The notes under the pieces: model-generated | The model's input: the letters and a program-made list of their open reading frames with translations, nothing else | Told to the model about the DNA's origin: nothing | The model's database searches: none | Program-made: the position numbers and the translations under genes | Part shown: positions 1 to 11,408 of the stretch, piece after piece | Layout of the letters: the number at the start of each line of letters is the position of its first letter | Position numbering within the stretch: position 1 is the first letter of the stretch | Assembly (NCBI GenBank): GCA_965644495.1 | Contig: CBFFSA010000001.1 | Location: 310,001 to 374,000, forward strand | Length of the DNA: 64,000 nt | Reading direction: 5' to 3' | DNA from: Perkinsela sp. CCAP 1560/9 | Lineage: Eukaryota; Protista; Euglenozoa: Kinetoplastea

Positions 1-3000
1 AAAAGGATTCTAGAAGCTCGCGAAAGGGCAGCGCACGGGGAAACGCTTCCGTTGGTAACCCTGATATGCTCGTTCAAGACGATTTTATTTCAGAAGTCCT
101 AAGTCTGTACGAGGCCTTGTATTTTTTCTTAGACGAAGAAAATGATGAGTATAAGGCGTTCCATTCTTCTGATATTTTAGGTGTTGCTTTTGAAATAGTA
201 TGCAGTCCGGCAAGTCCTCAAATTATATCCCATGCATTCCTGCTAATTGGTTCTGCAGCCACTCGTGAGTCATTACTGGAATTCGTACTAAGCACTATTA
301 CCCGCGTTGGTACCTTGGCACCAATGAACGGCACGAAGTTGCTGCATCCAAACCACAGGGCAGGGGAATATTTTCACGAGATTGACATGCGTTCTGTTCT
401 CAAATTTGAGCACGGGACTTCGTTCTACCCTAAAACTCTTGGATACATTGTGGTATTGTACTCCATTTTATCAAGTGCGGGTGTTCGGAGCTCTGAAACT
501 GTGGAGGCCACGGATTCTCCTACACGACACAGCTTTCTTGGTTCAAGACCTCGAAACAAGATAATAATCGAGGAACGTCAACTTAAGCCATTTTTAGATT
601 TTACGGTAGAAACCCTTCTTCTTGTAGGGTACGCAAAAAACGCAGATGAGTCACAGCGTTGGTGCATTATTGCTACAGGTCTTCAGATTCTGTTGACAAG
701 CACAGTTTTGTCTTTGTTAAAACTAAATCAAATAGTTGCGGTAGTCGCGCTTGTAGAGAATATAATGGAATCCTTGGGAGAGAACTTGTCATCTGCGGAT
801 TACCTTCCACAATCGTTTTCTACTGCTGTATCGTCGATGGTGCATTGGCTTTTTGTCATCTCATTCCATGCACCTTTATCCGGATCTCAAATGGAAGAAG
901 TTTCTCGACGAGTTTGTCGAAATTCTCAATTAATATATTCCGTTATACGAAATCTGCGCTTTGAGGACACTTCTGTTCGTTGTATGTCACTGATTTTTCT
1001 TTGCGAAATTTGGGTCCACTATGGTATGGTAGGATCACTAGCCCGAGATTTGTGCGCTCAAGGAAAGGACGCCGTTGCATGCGAAGATTTCTCTTTTGTC
1101 TTTTCGTGCATGAGCAGTTCTTCGTTGGTCTTTGAGCCAGGGAAGGTCTTCCTGTGGAATCCTCGGTTGTGGCTGAATACGCTTGATTGGATGTGTGGAT
1201 CACAGTCCAACGCACGGTTTGGTAAACTTGGGGGAAAAATGTTTTCGATTGAGCAGCTTGAAGAGTGCATGTTGTGGGGTATGAAAAGTCTTTTGCTCCA
1301 GCATATAATTCAGTTGATACATCTTCCCCTTCCGTCAATGAGTTCTATAATTCTGGGATTAGCTGCGAGTTCCACAAAGTTTACAAGAGGAAGTCTCTTA
1401 CTTTTGATAGAAGACGCACAATCAGTTCAAATCGCTTTAGATCAGCCTCTCTATCATAGCTTGTGTCTTGAATGTCTAGCAACGCTGTTGTCTTATACGC
1501 ATATCGTATCAGATTTTCTCTTGCAGCAAACTAGAGACCCGTTTATTCGCATAGCAGGAATGGTAATGGAGCATTTCAGCAGTCTGCGGTGGAATCAAGT
1601 AGGATGGGCGATGCATTGCACAGCTACTTGTATACGCATGGGATACTTATTGACGGAAAATCTTCCAGATCTTTCTAATTGGCTACCTCTCTCCATCGAA
1701 ATGTTACCTGAGACTAAATCGTTGCCCAATTTTTCGGAATATCCGCGCAAAAATTTTCTTACTGGAACAGTTGAGCATGATTTAGATATTTATGGAGCCA
1801 GGGCTTTAGCTGGTGATGACTACGAATCCTACCTGCGAGAGCTATCTATTGAAAACAAAAACATGTTTCTTCAATACGAAATACTTGCATTTTGCCAAGG
1901 ATGGGCAGATGTGACGCTTGCATACAGTTCGTCTGCAGTTGAGGATACTTTAATTTGCCACTTCTTTAAGAGCAGTATTGTGCAGGTCTTCATTGTTGTC
2001 GAAAAGGTTAGAGGCTACATAAAAGACAAACAGGCACTGGAGAAGACCGTTCTAGACCTTCTAACTAGTGCGAATGTTATGCTCGACTTTCTGTTTTCGC
2101 ACGATGCCCTGCACTCCGTGGACGATGATTTTCAGGTGGCCATTTGCAAGTCGCTGGTGGAAGCAGTAATTTCTTTTGCTGAGTTTACATCATACTTCCA
2201 CGTACTGAGCATGTTTTCAACACTCCTAAGTACAGGATTGACTCATAATCAATGCAAAATCTTGAAATACCAAGCTTCAATTATCGTGTCACACCTTGTC
2301 AAGGGCTGTCTATGCACTTTAAGCGGAGAGGATCTTCCTTTCCCCGAGCAGAGCATCATAATTATGACGCAGTTGATCTCCCACCCGACCCTTGCGGAAT
2401 CGTACATAGAAGCATTGGACGGTACCATGCTAACTTCTCCCTTGACTACACTGTTTACGCACGGTTGGGCCAAATTAAATGTAGAGCTCTACAATCTTTT
2501 AACCAGTGAAAGCGAGGCCAAGTGGCGCGATAGTGGATATACACGAATAGCAGAGCGCTTCTCCGAACTGTTTTCCCTACAATTAATGTTCAGCGGAACG
2601 GACAGCAAACGTCCGAAATTGATATACCGCGTGCTAGACGCCATGCAGCAAATTCGTACATCTCATCTTATCAAAGGAATGGCTACCATCGAAACTGTAC
2701 AGCTTCTTGGTTCTACTCCTCAACGTGTTGAAGGAACATGCGCACTATTTTCTCCATTGTTGGAGCTTATGTGCACAATGTTAAGCGAGTTTCACGTGCA
2801 AGAGCAATGGTCGAATATCGTCACAACTGCAGAGACAATTTCTTCAATCATGCCCCTGTTAAGCAGTGGCTGTGTTCGCTGTTCTTCCGACCTCCTTGAG
2901 TTTTTGGGACCTGGATCAAGGAATGCCGCAACAGTAGCTCTGTCCGTGCAACACTGTCATATAGGTTGTGATCTCAACAGCATTGTCATTCCGGAGGATG

Positions 3001-3707
3001 GCACACCATCCACTGCCATTGAGCTCTCCTTGACTAGAAGAGTAGGATTTTTAGAACGTGTAACCCGTCTTATTTATCTACTATCGCTTACTGAGCCCTT
3101 GCAAGATGCAAGTGATTCAATACTTCCTGTTTTTGACATGCGGGCTATTTTCGAGTCCCTTCTATCCGCACCACTCCTTTTTGAATGTGTTCCCTGGCAC
3201 GTCAGCAACATTTTACGCAATTTGTGTGGAATATGCGCTCAGGCTAGCAATCTGTTTTCTGAGCCAGCCTCTCGCTATATTCCCCTAGGGGAACAGTTGA
3301 TAGTGCCGCTGTTGAACTGCGTGCAGAAGATAGCCGATTGGGTGCCTGAACTGCAATTCGCTGTTCAAGAAAGAAAGTCTTTGAAGAATGATGATCCTCC
3401 ACATTTTCGTGAGAACGATCTTGAATCTCCTCTCTTGATAGCTGTGTGTTGCTCTGAAATAGCTGTAAGTGTTATTTTACGTGAGATGCACGAAGTTTCG
3501 TCTCAAAGTGAACGTGCAAATGAAGCTACATCTTTGGCAGATTCGAACAGAGGTAGTAGTGGCGGCTCTATTATGCAAAAACAACTCCGAGCACACTGCT
3601 CTACGTTACTCCATCATATCGAAAAGATTAGCGCAACTATTTCATATTCCCCAGCATATGAAATTAGTCAACATACAGCGATCTTGAAATGTGCACTAAA
3701 TTGCTGA
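1..3707 (+). CDS. Large alpha-solenoid protein, possibly nucleoporin Nup205/Nup192-like; 5' end outside the window
   Basis: The frame is open from position 3 into the 1213-aa ORF. The protein is helical and Leu-rich, and the segment 'PSMSSIILGL...PLYHSLCLECLATL' resembles the Nup205 mid-region. Confidence 0.5.
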   Translation, partial: KDSRSSRKGSARGNASVGNPDMLVQDDFISEVLSLYEALYFFLDEENDEYKAFHSSDILGVAFEIVCSPASPQIISHAFLLIGSAATRESLLEFVLSTITRVGTLAPMNGTKLLHPNHRAGEYFHEIDMRSVLKFEHGTSFYPKTLGYIVVLYSILSSAGVRSSETVEATDSPTRHSFLGSRPRNKIIIEERQLKPFLDFTVETLLLVGYAKNADESQRWCIIATGLQILLTSTVLSLLKLNQIVAVVALVENIMESLGENLSSADYLPQSFSTAVSSMVHWLFVISFHAPLSGSQMEEVSRRVCRNSQLIYSVIRNLRFEDTSVRCMSLIFLCEIWVHYGMVGSLARDLCAQGKDAVACEDFSFVFSCMSSSSLVFEPGKVFLWNPRLWLNTLDWMCGSQSNARFGKLGGKMFSIEQLEECMLWGMKSLLLQHIIQLIHLPLPSMSSIILGLAASSTKFTRGSLLLLIEDAQSVQIALDQPLYHSLCLECLATLLSYTHIVSDFLLQQTRDPFIRIAGMVMEHFSSLRWNQVGWAMHCTATCIRMGYLLTENLPDLSNWLPLSIEMLPETKSLPNFSEYPRKNFLTGTVEHDLDIYGARALAGDDYESYLRELSIENKNMFLQYEILAFCQGWADVTLAYSSSAVEDTLICHFFKSSIVQVFIVVEKVRGYIKDKQALEKTVLDLLTSANVMLDFLFSHDALHSVDDDFQVAICKSLVEAVISFAEFTSYFHVLSMFSTLLSTGLTHNQCKILKYQASIIVSHLVKGCLCTLSGEDLPFPEQSIIIMTQLISHPTLAESYIEALDGTMLTSPLTTLFTHGWAKLNVELYNLLTSESEAKWRDSGYTRIAERFSELFSLQLMFSGTDSKRPKLIYRVLDAMQQIRTSHLIKGMATIETVQLLGSTPQRVEGTCALFSPLLELMCTMLSEFHVQEQWSNIVTTAETISSIMPLLSSGCVRCSSDLLEFLGPGSRNAATVALSVQHCHIGCDLNSIVIPEDGTPSTAIELSLTRRVGFLERVTRLIYLLSLTEPLQDASDSILPVFDMRAIFESLLSAPLLFECVPWHVSNILRNLCGICAQASNLFSEPASRYIPLGEQLIVPLLNCVQKIADWVPELQFAVQERKSLKNDDPPHFRENDLESPLLIAVCCSEIAVSVILREMHEVSSQSERANEATSLADSNRGSSGGSIMQKQLRAHCSTLLHHIEKISATISYSPAYEISQHTAILKCALNC

Positions 3708-4082
3708 ATCGTAGTAAAGTTATAAAAAAAGCATTTTGGAATTTCTTTTCTGCCTTTTAGTTAGCTCCAAAACGGAATGGTGCTTTTGTTTTCAAGTTCA
3801 AAGCGAAAAACAAGTATGTGTATTTTAATCCCAATGAAATGCGCGCAAAATATGGTGCACATTATGCTAAATATGGATTCATGTTGCAAAATATAATGGA
3901 TGTCGATTCGATTTTGAACAGTAGTCAGACTTACATGCATGAAAGTGGTCAGAATGATAAATTGAATTATATTACATGAAAAGAGTCACGAAAATATGTA
4001 GCTGTTGTTTCATCTATCTTTTATGCTAAAAGACATTTTTTTAAACTCTATTTGATATTTTGCTCGTGACAGAAGGCATAAA

Positions 4083-4538
4083 ATGAAATCCCTGACCCTG
4101 CTGAAGTGTCGTTACAAACCCCTTTCTCCTTTAGGAGCTTTCGAATTCTCATCAGTGTCTTCTGTGCACCTCTTAGCGAGACGGTCGATCGTACACTCGT
4201 ACACGGCATCCGATCCTGATCCTTTTGAACTCAGCAAAAATGAGATAGTTGTCCTTGACTTTAGTGCTCAGTGGTGCGGGCCTTGTAAGGCAGTGGTTCC
4301 GCAGTATAAAATTTTGAGCGAGCAATATCCTATGGCGAAGTTCTACTCTGCCGACGTCGACTCGAATTCCATTATTGCAAAGAAATTCTCCGTGCGAGCC
4401 GTTCCAACGTTTGTCGTTCTTCACAAAGAAAAGATTGTGGAACGTATTGAAGGGGCCGCAATTACTGCTGTAAAAGATGCTCTCGACAAGCTCACTCAAA
4501 CTTCAACTGAGAAAGATGGAAATTCCCAACCAAACTAA
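4083..4538 (+). CDS. Thioredoxin, probably mitochondrial
   Basis: VLDFSAQWCGPCK active site and cis-Pro motif 'AVPTF'; basic, Ser-rich N-terminal extension resembling a transit peptide. Confidence 0.92.
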   Translation: MKSLTLLKCRYKPLSPLGAFEFSSVSSVHLLARRSIVHSYTASDPDPFELSKNEIVVLDFSAQWCGPCKAVVPQYKILSEQYPMAKFYSADVDSNSIIAKKFSVRAVPTFVVLHKEKIVERIEGAAITAVKDALDKLTQTSTEKDGNSQPN

Positions 4539-5069
4539 TCAGTCGATTTACACTAGGCATGGAATATTGCACAGCTTTTGTGTACTTTTTCATCATGAGA
4601 CTATTTGATCACCTAAACAGTTTTGCTAAGTATTAGCTTACAATACATTATTTTGCTTCATATCACCACGCAAATATTTTTTCTCCTGCATTTTTCATTT
4701 AGAACTTTAGTAACTGTAGACGCGCCAACTTATGTGACATAAGTACCGTGATGTGGGCAAAATCCTATCAATCAGGTGTCAGCGTGCTACACATATGAAT
4801 TTTTTTCTACACAGAACACCCCAGTAAGTAGTTTCCAGATACATGCACATGGAATATTTTTTTTCTGACATGGACATGAAGGATCTTATTTTCCTATCCC
4901 CATATTAGTTTCTCACCACATTCGCTTATTGACTGTTAAGTCTGGTCAATAATGTTAATATCCTTTTTCTATTACTTTCCCCAGTGATGTGTTGTCAGGT
5001 ACCACCTATTCATATTTCAGTGTCTTCACAAAATTAGAGCACTGTTTCTCCACAGCTACATTACGCCCA

Positions 5070-6155
5070 ATGGCGGATATCATTGTTCCTTCGGGATTTT
5101 CTTCACCAGATATTGGAATACTAAGAGCTCAATGGCTAACCGGATGTCGTGACAAACGAAGAGAGCTCGCAAGACTCTACCCGGACCCTTTTCTTGATCC
5201 CACTTTCTTGGATTCGTTGCGACGAGGTCTTGTCGAAAAAGGGGAGATGCCACGGTCCTACCTCGACAATCAGTACCACCCTTTAGGAGGTCCGTCACGG
5301 GCGGCTGCCTCTGCGTTGTTACGAGAGAATTCTCGACGGAATAATTTCTCGACAAACGCAATCAAAACAGAAGATGCGATGGCTCCGTCGAGCGGGTGGT
5401 CACTCGCCTCTCTGGCCACGGAACCTTTTTACAAGGCAACGACAGAATCTAGGTCATCCACCAAAAAATTTAATTCTAGCGTACATACTGGATGTACTAC
5501 TCAGGCAAGATCGGACTCTGTTCGTAATTCGCTTACGACCACTGCCCTTCCTCAAGCACACTACCGTATGTCACTCGAAATCGTTAACACTCCCGCACAG
5601 TGCAACGATGTCGTGGAGCTATACAGCACGCATTTTCAAGATCCGGACCCAGCAACCTTTCGCAAAGTTGTTCGACCGAATTCCAACCGTTCTACTCGGA
5701 CGCGAACCGTTTTCGCCGGTCCTTTTCACTGGATCTTGCGTCAAAAGGAGTCACAAGCGGTCATATGTGCGGCGAGCGGGCAAATTCACCGCTCCATGGC
5801 TTCCAATTTGCGTTTCATGGAGATTCAGTTTTTTTGTACCAGTCGTTCCTTCAAAGGGCAAGGTATGGCAAGGTTCTTTAATGCACTCTTACAAAATCAC
5901 GCTCGTGAAGTAGGGTGCACTTTTGTACTCGTATGCGCCTCGCTAAATGCCGTTGAGTTTTGGCTTACACCCTCAATTAACTATAGGCGCATTGGGTCTG
6001 ACCTAAAGGCCCGTGTGGAGCAATACTACAGGGAGAGCTGTCTCCAGTTCATTAACACAGAGCTTCTGGTATGGAAAGTAGTTCCTGAGACGTCTATACT
6101 TGTTGCGAAGGCTATGCAACGATTGCCTCCTGGGGTAAAGTTTGGGTTGCCTTGA
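5070..6155 (+). CDS. GNAT-family acetyltransferase
   Basis: Motif A 'FMEIQFFCTSRSFKGQGMARFF' and motif B 'ASLNAVEFW'; first in-frame ATG at 5070. Confidence 0.75.
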   Translation: MADIIVPSGFSSPDIGILRAQWLTGCRDKRRELARLYPDPFLDPTFLDSLRRGLVEKGEMPRSYLDNQYHPLGGPSRAAASALLRENSRRNNFSTNAIKTEDAMAPSSGWSLASLATEPFYKATTESRSSTKKFNSSVHTGCTTQARSDSVRNSLTTTALPQAHYRMSLEIVNTPAQCNDVVELYSTHFQDPDPATFRKVVRPNSNRSTRTRTVFAGPFHWILRQKESQAVICAASGQIHRSMASNLRFMEIQFFCTSRSFKGQGMARFFNALLQNHAREVGCTFVLVCASLNAVEFWLTPSINYRRIGSDLKARVEQYYRESCLQFINTELLVWKVVPETSILVAKAMQRLPPGVKFGLP

Positions 6156-6531
6156 GCAATAATTGTATGCATACCTGCGACCGTCCTATAACTATTACAC
6201 GTTCCTGTACTACTGGTATGGGTAATGAATAAAAGGTTTTTGAATAATAAGGTTAGTGAACGCTGAAAAAATGTTAAAAAGGTAATGTTTAAAGGATAAA
6301 AGGTAAAATGGCTATAAAACAAAGCAGAGAATAGGATAGTAGCAAAGAATAGTAGAGTAGAACCGCACTAAATTGAAACAAAAAAAATCTATTTTTAATA
6401 AATTTATATTTTATGAAATATTCTTGAATTCTAAATAAATCGATAATGTGTCGTAGAGTAGAACGGACCGGTGAAACATAGTTTTGTTCTACATGATTTA
6501 AAACCTTGTGAAAATTTCGACTAGCTTTTAC

Positions 6532-8667
6532 ATGTACACGGAGAACGAGAATACATTAGCCGCTGAAATTGGCCTCAACGTGAACGCCTCACCATGGAAA
6601 GGGCCAGTTGCGGTTCAGTCTGTCACTCAGACTTCCAGTAGCAACGAATTTTCTTACATTGATACTCCTCCGCAAGAGTCATCTTTGCCTAGTTTCTTTC
6701 CTCCTTCTATTGACTTGAGCAACGCGCAAGAAAGCCGTGTGTGTAAGTTCTTCTTACACGGAGGCTGTTCGCGCGGTAGCTCTTGTACTTATCTGCACGA
6801 GCTCCCAAAAGACGCTAATTTAACAAAGGACAGTGATGGATCCACCAACGTCAAGGGTATGGTTTTCAATTTGAATGCGAAGAACACGTTTACCGCACTT
6901 AACAAGCAGTCCAGCGTAGACGTTCTCGTGAGTTCAGAATCGGGCGCGGCTCACTCAGCTCACGACGCCGCAAATTCGAAGCACTCCACTTCTATGCACA
7001 CCAGAATGATGTCGGATACAAGCGGGGCGATGGTTGGGAACTACGGAAACGTCGATGTATACAACGCTCAGTTCGCTCACTCCAATTCTGCCATGTGGGA
7101 TACCTTTGCTGCAGTCTCTCAAGCGGGACATGATGACCATTCCGGTTACCTGCAAAGTCAGGAATACCCAGAAAACGTGTACGCCTCGTTCGGAGAGTCT
7201 GAGGGTGCATACTATGGCTCCGAGCACGATCCCTACAGTTTTCAGGCGGAACCTCACAACACAAATGTAGGAAACGCAGTGTTGCCCTCTGAAGGCACAC
7301 ATTTCTATGATTTCGAATCGGGGCCATCGTTTAGCAGACCATCTCAACCCTCGTCACAAGAATCCATCAATGATAAAATGGTGACCGACTATGTACCTGT
7401 TCGACAAACCCGGCAAACAACGCGCTCTTCGTCTTTTCGAGGGTCTTCCACCACGTACAATTCCACCACGTCTACTCTTCAGGCCAGCTTATCATCCTTT
7501 GCTGCAGGGACGTCCAGTGGCCTAGTGTCAGGGAGCAGTCTGAACGTTCATGCAGCACCTCATGAGCCTTCAAGGGGGAAATCATCTTCGGATTTACATT
7601 TCTCGAAAGTTTCTTCCGAGCGCCAAGTTTCCGCTGGGGGCCAAGAAACGTCGAATGACAGTACCACCTTGCTTCGAAATCTCTCAAATATGCCTTCAAG
7701 TTCAGGACCACTTGGGACAAGTTCTAAAAGTTTGGCCGGACCGAGATCATACGCTGCTGCAGCTCAAAAAGGCTTCAACTCTATCCCTATTCTTGAAAAA
7801 TCTGCACGTCCTGAAGTGTATGAAAACGATCTTTCAATCTCCGAAACACCTCTCCCAGTGAACCAACGTACAGAGAAAAATTCGCCAAGTGTAAAGCCGG
7901 CATCAATCGTGCAAAGCGGGTGTGGAGTAAATTACGCACGCATTACTTCAGGAAGTTTCCGAGCGGATAGTGGAAAGGGACTTCGAGTTTCTGAACTGAT
8001 TGACCTGAATTCCGAAATAAACTCCGAACAAGAAGGGGCAGCCACTGCTTCGGAAGGTATCCCGTTCTCTCGTCAAGTACTATCGCGAAATAAACGGCAG
8101 GGATTAGGTTCGTCGAATTCGGGGATAGAATCCCTACCTTCAAAAGAATGGTTGCAACGCGATTTTTCTGCAGCGCGGGATTCAAAAGCACATGTGCCAC
8201 ATCCCACGAAGGTGCTTCCTTTACCACCTCCCGTCTTTTGGGCTGCAAGAACACCGAGTAATGAGGTTCGTAAACTCTTGGAAGCGATACTTCCCGAAAT
8301 CATCGTCCCTTCCCCGCATCGTGCGACAGAAAGAAACGGTAATAAGTCGCGGACGTCCCTATATTCGAATTCGGAAGCAGGTAATACAGAGCTTGGTTCC
8401 GTCAAAGGATACAATCGTCAGATACTTCATTCCGGCCAAAAGCATTCCAACAAATACGTGAACGAATCTGGAAAAGCAAAGTCGTACCTGATGCGGTCCA
8501 GAGATGGTGAAGGAAGTGGTATTTACGGGCATTCCAGCACCGACGAAATTGTCCACAATCGAGCAAGCCGAGGTAGAGCGAATATCTCGAGTGGAATGGG
8601 TGACGCCAATTCCCGTCGTTCTGCACAGTTTTCGATATACTCACGCACCCGCGAAAATTTGACGTAA
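6532..8667 (+). CDS. CCCH zinc-finger RNA-binding protein (ZC3H-type), largely disordered
   Basis: C-x7-C-x5-C-x3-H finger 'CKFFLHGGCSRGSSCTYLH'; Ser-rich remainder; first ATG at 6532. Confidence 0.8.
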   Translation: MYTENENTLAAEIGLNVNASPWKGPVAVQSVTQTSSSNEFSYIDTPPQESSLPSFFPPSIDLSNAQESRVCKFFLHGGCSRGSSCTYLHELPKDANLTKDSDGSTNVKGMVFNLNAKNTFTALNKQSSVDVLVSSESGAAHSAHDAANSKHSTSMHTRMMSDTSGAMVGNYGNVDVYNAQFAHSNSAMWDTFAAVSQAGHDDHSGYLQSQEYPENVYASFGESEGAYYGSEHDPYSFQAEPHNTNVGNAVLPSEGTHFYDFESGPSFSRPSQPSSQESINDKMVTDYVPVRQTRQTTRSSSFRGSSTTYNSTTSTLQASLSSFAAGTSSGLVSGSSLNVHAAPHEPSRGKSSSDLHFSKVSSERQVSAGGQETSNDSTTLLRNLSNMPSSSGPLGTSSKSLAGPRSYAAAAQKGFNSIPILEKSARPEVYENDLSISETPLPVNQRTEKNSPSVKPASIVQSGCGVNYARITSGSFRADSGKGLRVSELIDLNSEINSEQEGAATASEGIPFSRQVLSRNKRQGLGSSNSGIESLPSKEWLQRDFSAARDSKAHVPHPTKVLPLPPPVFWAARTPSNEVRKLLEAILPEIIVPSPHRATERNGNKSRTSLYSNSEAGNTELGSVKGYNRQILHSGQKHSNKYVNESGKAKSYLMRSRDGEGSGIYGHSSTDEIVHNRASRGRANISSGMGDANSRRSAQFSIYSRTRENLT

Positions 8668-9190
8668 TCTTTGGCATCGCAATTTGTCAAATGAAACTGT
8701 GAAAAATAAAATTCTCTTACGAAACTATGATCTGATATTTCTGGTTATTTTTACTTCTATCGAGTCTCTATTATTCAACCTACTGTACAGCCCCTCATTT
8801 ATATTGTATGCTCTATTATCTTTCTCAAAAATGCATGAGAAAACGTGACAATTCTTAATTTATAGTGAATACTATCAATGTATGAGATGGCTTATACAAA
8901 GCATGTATCAATATACTGATGAGCAAAGATATACGTATTCTTGTAACTCGTTTAACTAATACTCCTATTAATAGACCCAATACGAAGATCGTTTGGGTCT
9001 GGCTCGTTCAAATTATTGCTCTCAATGTGTGCAGGGTCATTGTGAAAATATGGTAAACAATTTCTTTCAAAGCATCAAATGAATGGTTTGTTCTTAACAT
9101 CGGACTGCTTTAACCGTCGGTTGCCGTCCATCAAGCATAAACCGCTATTTATATTTTTTTATTCGGAAATCTCACTTTTGATATGAAGTG

Positions 9191-10642
9191 ATGGATCCTG
9201 GATCAAGTAATACGCACGTCAAAATGGACAATAAAATGTTTTGCCCCCTGCGAAATGATTTGTGCACTGTAATGGAGACTGAACGCAACGAACGGTACAA
9301 CATTGATTTTTTGACGCATTCCGAACGACTTTCTATGACTAGTTCTCCGGTCTCCGAAACTTCTTCTTTTACGTCTGGTGGGACCCCCAATGAAAGTCTT
9401 ATTGAGGAAGCATTCAGTGTTCCATCTCCTTTGACAAGAGCACAAAGCTTCGAAGAACATGAGGTGTTCTCCGAAGAAGGGTTCAATACACCTTTTCATG
9501 ACAATGTCGAATCCAATGAGGAAACACGTGTTGACGGTTGGAATTATTTCTCAAGGGGAAGTACTTCTACCCCAATCTCACCTTTAGAGATTCGAAGTTC
9601 CAAGAAAAACGTCTCTATTCAACTTCTCGCAAGAGACCTCATGAATATTGAATTAGGGCAGAAAAAAGAAGTGACGAACCCGGATAAATCGGATAAAGAA
9701 ATTGGGGACTTGTCCAACGTTCCATCTACGGCCCCTGCTCCGGTAGCTTGGCATAACAACTCTAAAAAACTCACTTATCCGACAAAGTTCATGCTACCAG
9801 CTGCAACTGTAGGCGAATCTTTTCAACAAGATCCAGAAACAAAACCACATACACCGTCCTTGAATATATCCCAAGATCATCCTCACGACGCCTACGACAA
9901 GGAATGTCCCAATCATAAAAGTCGGCCATACTTTACATCTCCCACTCAAGCCTCGACAGCAAGAAAAGCAGTGCTGGAAGCTTCATCAGTTTCTGTTGTT
10001 CAAGTGTTAGAAGAAAATCAAACTCGTGTTCCGTCTTCAAAGCTTAACATTATTCATGAAACTGGCGGTTGTACCGCGAAGAACACAAGGAGTGATTCGA
10101 ACTCTCGAATTTTTCAGACAGGTCCTCGTCAACAAGATCATCCACCGAACAGGATGACTCCATTTTCTTCTTATAGGAAATCCTCTGTCGCACCGTTAGC
10201 AGGTGGTATGTACCCCCCTCCTCCTCTTCAGGTGCCGTTTCACACGAATCCGCCACCATTGATGAACGCACACGTTTTTCCTTTTCAGCATGAAGGGCTG
10301 TCATCTCCCTTCCAGCACCTTCCCTACGGGTTACCATCCGTTGACGCCGTGCGAAATGGAATGCATCCAAGCTTATTTTTTCCCCTTGACCTCAGTGCGA
10401 GCACTCCGAATGCAGGGGCTGGTTCCGCTGGACTGACATGTTTTGCATGCCGCGGGGTCGGTCACAAGGCGACCCAGTGCCCACACAACCCTCGGCCTGT
10501 TGTCGCGACCCCCGATATCGATGTTGTCGTGACGTGCGCGATCCACGGCAAGTCACGTACTTCTAAAAATATGTTTTTCAACAATCGTTTTGGAGTCTGG
10601 CAGTGCTTCTCCGAGACGAAATGTAAAAGCGTGGTACCATAA
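9191..10642 (+). CDS. Disordered protein with a C-terminal CCHC zinc knuckle and a second Cys/His motif
   Basis: 'CFACRGVGHKATQC' fits C-x2-C-x4-H-x4-C and is followed by C-x2-H-x3-R-x15-C-x5-C. Confidence 0.75.
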   Translation: MDPGSSNTHVKMDNKMFCPLRNDLCTVMETERNERYNIDFLTHSERLSMTSSPVSETSSFTSGGTPNESLIEEAFSVPSPLTRAQSFEEHEVFSEEGFNTPFHDNVESNEETRVDGWNYFSRGSTSTPISPLEIRSSKKNVSIQLLARDLMNIELGQKKEVTNPDKSDKEIGDLSNVPSTAPAPVAWHNNSKKLTYPTKFMLPAATVGESFQQDPETKPHTPSLNISQDHPHDAYDKECPNHKSRPYFTSPTQASTARKAVLEASSVSVVQVLEENQTRVPSSKLNIIHETGGCTAKNTRSDSNSRIFQTGPRQQDHPPNRMTPFSSYRKSSVAPLAGGMYPPPPLQVPFHTNPPPLMNAHVFPFQHEGLSSPFQHLPYGLPSVDAVRNGMHPSLFFPLDLSASTPNAGAGSAGLTCFACRGVGHKATQCPHNPRPVVATPDIDVVVTCAIHGKSRTSKNMFFNNRFGVWQCFSETKCKSVVP

Positions 10643-11408
10643 CATTTATTGATTTGAAGAAGGCCTGTTATGGGATTCTTCCAGTTTAGCTATTAAAAAT
10701 TTTGTTATTTATTTATTAACTCTGATATTGTATGAATCCTTATTTTGATAGAGTATTTACTGTGTAGAATGTACTTTGTACATGTAAATATTTGTCCCCT
10801 TTGTTCTATCCGAACTCCCATGTGGCAGATGTCACAAGCCTCTTCTTTACCTACTTCTGTAGTTGCTATTAGAAGATTGGAGATCGGGGTACCTTTTGCG
10901 CTTTGGGCTTTTTAACATGAATGTGGAATACGTTTTTCGAGCCGAATCTTGTAAAAAGTTTTTGTCCCGAACAATCTTTTTGTTATCATCGTAGTAGTTT
11001 ATAGATGCTACTAAAAGGTTGTATTCGTTTGCTCATTTCTAGTTATTGTATTTTATCTACAGTGCAATGTTAGACATACAGTATCCAAACAATTGATACT
11101 ATGCGAAGTGTTTAACTTTTTTGCTGAATTTGGCGCTCCTATGAACGTCGCGTTTTATAATGGAGTTACTGCTCCCCAAACTTAGTTAAATTTAAAAAAG
11201 GTTTAACTATTTCTTATTATTTAACTGAGTTTGCTACTTTTATATCGAACGTAACTAATCTTGCTGAATTTTTAGACGAATAATACATTTGTACTATGTA
11301 GCACGTAATTTACTTCTTTTAGAATTGGAGAATTATTTTTTTTATCTGCATTGTCAAAAAATATCTTGATTTATGACTGTTGGATCGTAGATCTTAACTT
11401 TTCAAGTT

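Noticed and set aside
4570-4595. Spliced-leader-like sequence (ACAGCTTTTGTGTACTTT)
   Set aside because: This is only a weak partial resemblance to the SL 3' end, with no following GT donor or Sm site.
8973-9000. Small hairpin AGACCCAA…TTGGGTCT in an intergenic region
   Set aside because: An 8-bp stem is expected by chance, and there is no supporting ncRNA motif.
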